From assembly GCF_018350175.1 (NCBI RefSeq), contig NC_058383.1, forward strand, positions 27,344,001 through 27,408,000: 64,000 bases of DNA. Direction: 5' to 3'. A model generated the notes under the pieces. It had not been told where the DNA came from, ran no database searches, and was given only the letters and a program-made list of their open reading frames with translations. Positions within the stretch are counted from its first letter, which is position 1, and every line of letters begins with the position of its first letter. The stretch comes from Felis catus (taxonomy: Eukaryota). Positions 59,095 to 64,000 of the stretch are shown here, piece by piece. Position numbers and translations under genes: made by a program.

Positions 59095-59817
59095 TAAACA
59101 AATTTTTTAAAAGAACACTTAACCGAAGTTACAGATGAGAAGAGAAATGGAAGACAATATCATATGCAATTCTATGACAACACATTTGATAACTGAGATA
59201 AAATGGCTTATTGAGAAAATATTTAAAATGACACAAGAGAAGTTGACAAATTTGAAGAAACCAGTTACCAAAGATATGGAAGATACGGCATTAAAAAGAC
59301 CCCCAGATCAGAGAGTATCATTGCTGAGTTCTATATTAATCTTATATTAAAAAAAAAAAAACTAGATTGCTCTAATGTTATTTAAACAATTCCTAATCAT
59401 ACACACTGGTTTTCAGACTTGACTGAAGGACAAAATCACCAGGGAATTTTTTTTTAAACTAATGCTGTCCAAGCCTTACCCCCAGATATTCCTCTCCAAT
59501 TTGTCTGTGTTGTGCCAGGTATAAATATCCAGCTGGTTCTCAAGTGTAGCCAGGGTAGGTAACCTCTTCCATAGAATGTAATGAGAACCCTTTCAATTCT
59601 TTTCAAACACAGTTGATAAAGATAGTACCAGCCAAGAAAACTATAAGTAAATATTACTTAGGAATAAAGACAAATCCTTTGAATAAGGTACTAGCATCAA
59701 AGGAGTAAAGTGTTATGACCAGGAAGAGTTTATTCCAGGAATTCAAGGTAGGTTGGAACCAGGGAAGGTATCAACATAATCCATTAATCACATCAATATA
59801 TTAAAGGTGAAGCTGAT

Positions 59818-60030
59818 GGGGTGCCTGCATGGCTCAGTCGGTTGAGCGACTGACTTCAGCTCAGGTCATGATCTCACGGTTTGTGAGTTCGAGCCCCGTG
59901 TCAGACTCTGTGCAGACAGCTCAGAGCATGGAGCCTGCTTCTGATTCTGTGTCTCCCTCTCTCTCTGCCCTTCTCCCACTCATGCTCTTTCTCTCTCTGT
60001 CTCAGAAATAAATAAACATAAAAAAAAAAA
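59818..60030 (+). mobile_element. SINEC_Fc-type SINE
   Basis: TSD TTAAAGGTGAAGCTGA at 59801-59816 and 60031-60046. Confidence 0.92.
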
Positions 60031-60378
60031 TTAAAGGTGAAGCTGAGAAGCCATTTGATTAAATTTGGCAGTCATTCCTGATAAGTCACCATCTTATTAA
60101 AATATTAAAAGGAAGAAGTTACCTAAATATAATGAAGGCCATTGGACAAAAATATATATTTTAAAATGGCAACAATTAAAATGTTTAAATAATTTCAGAA
60201 GTTCTGAAAATGTATCTAGACAAGAAAATAAAATAACCAGGTAAATATTGGAAAAGAAGAGCCTACACTCTTCTTCCTGATGGCTGGCTTGCTCTATGCA
60301 CTAAGAAAAACTAACTGACTCTAGTGAAAAATAAAAGAGCAAAACAGTAATCCTGGTAGAATCAAGGAGAGCATTTGT

Positions 60379-60620
60379 TTTGTTTTTGTTTTTTTTTTTA
60401 ATTTTTTAAAAATTTTTTTAACATTTATTTATTTTTGAGATAGGGAGAGACAGAGCATGAACAGGGGAGGGTCAGAGAGAGGGAGACACAGAATCTGAAA
60501 CAGGCTCCAGGCTCTGAGCTGGCAGCACAGAGCCCGACGCGGGGCTCGAACTCACGGACCGCGAGATCATGACCTGAGCCGAAGTCAGACACCCAACTGA
60601 CTGAGCCACCCAGGCGCCCC
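60379..60620 (-). mobile_element. SINEC_Fc-type SINE
   Basis: TSD AA(G/C)GAGAGCATTTGT at 60364-60378 and 60621-60635. Confidence 0.92.
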
Positions 60621-62165
60621 AACGAGAGCATTTGTGAAGTGACTGGAAACAATAAAATTATACAATCTTAGTAGCTTTTCTACATACTAACAATAATGAC
60701 TCTGAAACAGATACGAGGAGAAATTGGATGGATAAAATATCCCAGTCACAACAGCACCAACTATGAAATAACTTAGAAAACCACTTAAGAAGAAAAGATT
60801 CAGGACTTATATGAAGAAAACCATTTTTAAAACGATCTTCAAAATGTGACTGATTTCATAAAACAAGATCTATAAAAGTGAAAATAAATACTATGTTCTT
60901 GAGTGAGAACCATGTAAACAACTTATTTAAATAAGTTTATTATAAATTTATTCATTTAAATAAATGAAACACAAGCCTTCCCCAAATTAATAAATAAAAT
61001 TAACTAAAATCCCCAGTATCGATTAGAATATCAACAATTTGCTATCAGTGCTAAGGGAAGGGAAAGGAGAAGACTGGATTGAACAAATAGAAAAGGAAAT
61101 GCTCTAAAATAGCCAATAAATAAATGGCAGGGACATACTTGCCTTCACTGATATTTTGAATATACCATGAAGTCCAATACCATATAAATGTGGTATTTCT
61201 GGCTTAGGAATAGAAAAAAATAGCTCACCTAGACCTCTTACAGAGAACTCAAATCTATAACAAAGGTGATATTTGAATCCAATAGGGTAATGTGGTTTAA
61301 CTAAATTTCCATTGGAAGAAAATAATGTTAAGCTCTTATCTTAGATCAAGTACAAGGAAATTCCAGATGGGATAGGGTGCTGAATATAAATAAAACAAAA
61401 CATTGAAAATTTCAGAGGAGACAGAGAAATGAACTAGAATGAAGTAGAACAGGAAGAGAAGATTAGCAGCGCTTGACTTGAGAAAGAGGAAGCCAGTTTT
61501 GAACACACTGAGTCTTATAAAATGGGAAGGAATGAGAGAGAAAGGTGTCTAGGATGGTGAAAACATTCGTGGCATATTGAACAGCTATTTCGCAAGATAA
61601 AGGAATTAAGTACTGATTTATGCTATCGCATTGATGAGTCCCAAAAACACGCTCAAGAAAGAAACCATACACAAAAGGCCATATACTGTATGATTTCATT
61701 TATATGAAATGTCCAGAATAAGCCAACCTATTGAGACAGAAAGACACTTAGTGATTTCCAGAGGCTGGGGGCAGAGGGATATGGGAAGTAATGGCTAATG
61801 GGTTACATAATTTCTTTTGGGGCTGATGGAAATCCTCTAAAATTAGATTGTGGTAATCGTTGCAGAAGTGTAAACATACCAAAACAGGTGAATTTTTACA
61901 GTATGTAAGTTATATCTCAATAAATCCATTAAAAATATTCAGGCCACTAAGCCCGCATTTGTTTATTAACTGCAGAACATAGGGTATCCTACTTCATCAA
62001 GGGTATAAAGTACAGATTCCTTGTTTCTAGAATTGGGATATGCCGCTTCACATAGGTCAACTGTCAGAAAGCTGAATGGGAGATCAGTACTCTGCCATCA
62101 CTCATGATTTTGAGCATGGGTTCCCTTAGCTGAGGCACAGCACAGTGATTAAACATGGCAGCTCT

Positions 62166-62330
62166 GGGGCACCTGGGTGGCTCAGTCGGTTAAGTGTCCG
62201 GCTTCGGCTCAGGTCATGATCTCATGGTTTGTGGTTCAAGCCCCATGTCAGGCTCTGTGCTGACAGCTCACGAATCGGGAGATCATGACCTGAGCTGAAG
62301 TCAGATGCTTAACTGATTGAGGCATCCCCA
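62166..62330. mobile_element. Chimeric inverted SINE: plus 5' half fused to a minus 5' part
   Basis: Plus SINE 62166-62270, then the reverse complement of a SINE head at 62279-62330. Confidence 0.85.
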
Positions 62331-62449
62331 TAGTTAAAATTTAAAAAAACCTTCAGGACATAAAGGTTTGTATATAATATTTGTGTGTAATACACAAGCA
62401 TAATTATGCTTAAATATGTGTTGGAATATGACAAGATGGAAATACCCCA

Positions 62450-62634
62450 TATTTTATTTTTTTAAGTATATTTATTTAGAAGGCAGGGGAAGAGAGAGAG
62501 AGAGAGAATCCCAAGCAGACTTTATGGTGTCACTCCAGAGCCAATGTGGGCCTCGATCCCATGAACCATGAGATCATGACCTGAGCAGAAATCAGGAGTT
62601 CCACGCTCAACCCACTGAGCCACCCAGGCACCCC
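62450..62634 (-). mobile_element. SINEC SINE
   Basis: TSD GAAATACCCCA at 62439-62449 and 62636-62646. Confidence 0.88.
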
Positions 62635-63437
62635 AGAAATACCCCAGATTTTAATACTGGCTATCTTTGAGTGGTGAATCTACAGATGAATTTGTTTTCC
62701 TCTTTCAGATTTTTTGCATTTATAATAAATGTGTTTAATTTTCATAATTATACAAATATAGTGAATACTTTTACATTTATAATAGAAAAAAGCAAACATC
62801 GGACCATGAATCAGTCTTGCAGTGACTATAATAGCATGGGATGTTTGGAATTGCAGACTTGATGTCCGATGCTGGTCTTTTTGTTTTAAAAGAGCCATCA
62901 CTCCTATGGCTAAAACCAATTTCCTAAGGAGATCGCCATCAGCTTCCGCGTTACAGCTCAGTCACAGCCTCCTGACATACAGTTTTGAGATGTGCCTCCT
63001 GGTCAGAAAATAGTTGACTGTGTTCTACCAATTAAGGATTTGTTCTTCGTTGCCAGAATAGCTCTTCAGATAACTTAGACTTCTGGGAAGTTTCTGTGCA
63101 GCCAGCGCTGGACAGAAATGCTATAACAGGGAGATTTAATCTCCCAAGATAAGATCATACCAATATATAGATCTTCCGAGGATGTTCCTTTGGGACTATA
63201 ATTATGAGTATTCCAGGTATTCTCCAAAACTTTCTGTCACTAAGGAAAGATGCACAATATAGGTGGGGGAACTCTGAGTAATTTGGGCTTGATCTCTGAG
63301 CAGGATTGCTAGTAAGGACATAGGCGATGGCAGTATTAAATAATCTCCTTGCATTTATTTACTCTTAGTTGTCCACTTATTAAGTATTTATTGAGTTCCA
63401 GAATTTGTGCTAAACTCCATTATTTTTAAGCTGACAC

Positions 63438-63635
63438 TGGAAGTTGGCAAATAACTTTCATCTTGCATGCCAAATTTGATCAGTTGGTAGTAGTGGCATA
63501 GAGTGCTCTGCTGGAAAAGATTCTGGGACTGTATCCAAACTCAAATGAAAAGAGCGATGATCGATTAGTAATGTCTGCTATAGTTGTAGAAGGGGGAATG
63601 GCGGTGTATGTGCCATGCATTTGCCATGTATGCTG
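63438..63635. mobile_element. Ancient hAT-like DNA transposon remnant
   Basis: TTGGCAAATA ... CATTTGCCA inverted termini with GATCGATTAGTAATGTCTGC core; family from memory only. Confidence 0.4.
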
Positions 63636-64000
63636 GATTATTTCTGCCAGTTTAGGGAGGGTCACTTAAGCTCTGGCACATGCTCTATTTCCTACAGGTT
63701 GAAGGAACCAAATCCCTATCCAAGTTAGCATCACTGGAGAAGCATTAACAGAGGAGTTAAAAAAAAAAAAAAAGAAGAAGAGTGAATGCTGCCCACCTGC
63801 TACAAGCTAGACCTTGTCCAGTTCTCTTTACATAAAATGAGTCATATAATCTCCAAGATATCCTTCTGAGGCAAGCATTGCTATTTCCTTCTTACAGATG
63901 AGGATCTAGGCTAAGGCAAGGAAAATGACTTCTAAAGTCTACAATCAATCACAGCAAGATTGCTTATCTATCCGATGAGCAACCCTGGCTTAACATGGAA

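Larger units (their letters stand above)
57780..61935 (+). mobile_element. Highly degenerate ancient L1M (ORF2 remnant and 3' UTR) hosting five SINEs
   Basis: A-rich plus strand with L1-like motifs (GTTTATTCCAGGAATTCAAGG, GAGAAGCCATTTGA, AAAAGGCCATATACTGTATGATTTCATTTATATGAAATGTCCAGAA, ATATCTCAATAAA). Confidence 0.7.

Noticed and set aside
62800..63350. Compositionally even unique segment, possible pseudogene or endogenous viral fragment
   Set aside because: The frames examined contain multiple stops and no recognisable motif; unsupported without a tBLASTx search.

Overview
Mammalian, almost certainly felid (cat-family), genomic DNA: it is dense in carnivore tRNA-derived SINEs of the SINEC_Fc type and carries a carnivore L1 3' end. 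The only gene I can support is XYLT1 (xylosyltransferase I) on the minus strand. Its first coding exon (ATG at 48467, donor after 48126, 114 codons) lies in a CpG island of about 1.6 kb. Everything left of it (1-48125) is inferred to be part of the very long intron 1 (exon 2 was not found), and everything to the right is promoter or upstream intergenic DNA. The rest is repeats: about 25 SINEs (several nested or inverted), L1, MLT/ERVL LTRs, MER58/MER5 DNA transposons, MIR/L2 and microsatellites. Best leads: (i) the compound GGC repeat upstream of the ATG, corresponding to the human Baratela-Scott/FRA16A repeat, which lies in stop-free poly-Gly and poly-Ala frames with near-cognate starts; (ii) a 3 x 66-bp intronic tandem array in which every unit carries an 11-bp hairpin fully paired only on the XYLT1 sense strand; (iii) paired AP-1 sites upstream; (iv) a FOX/SOX/E-box cluster in the intron; (v) several SINE-SINE rearrangements. 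I found no prokaryotic system, CRISPR array or convincing novel gene. Repeat subfamily names come from visual recognition and need RepeatMasker/Dfam confirmation.
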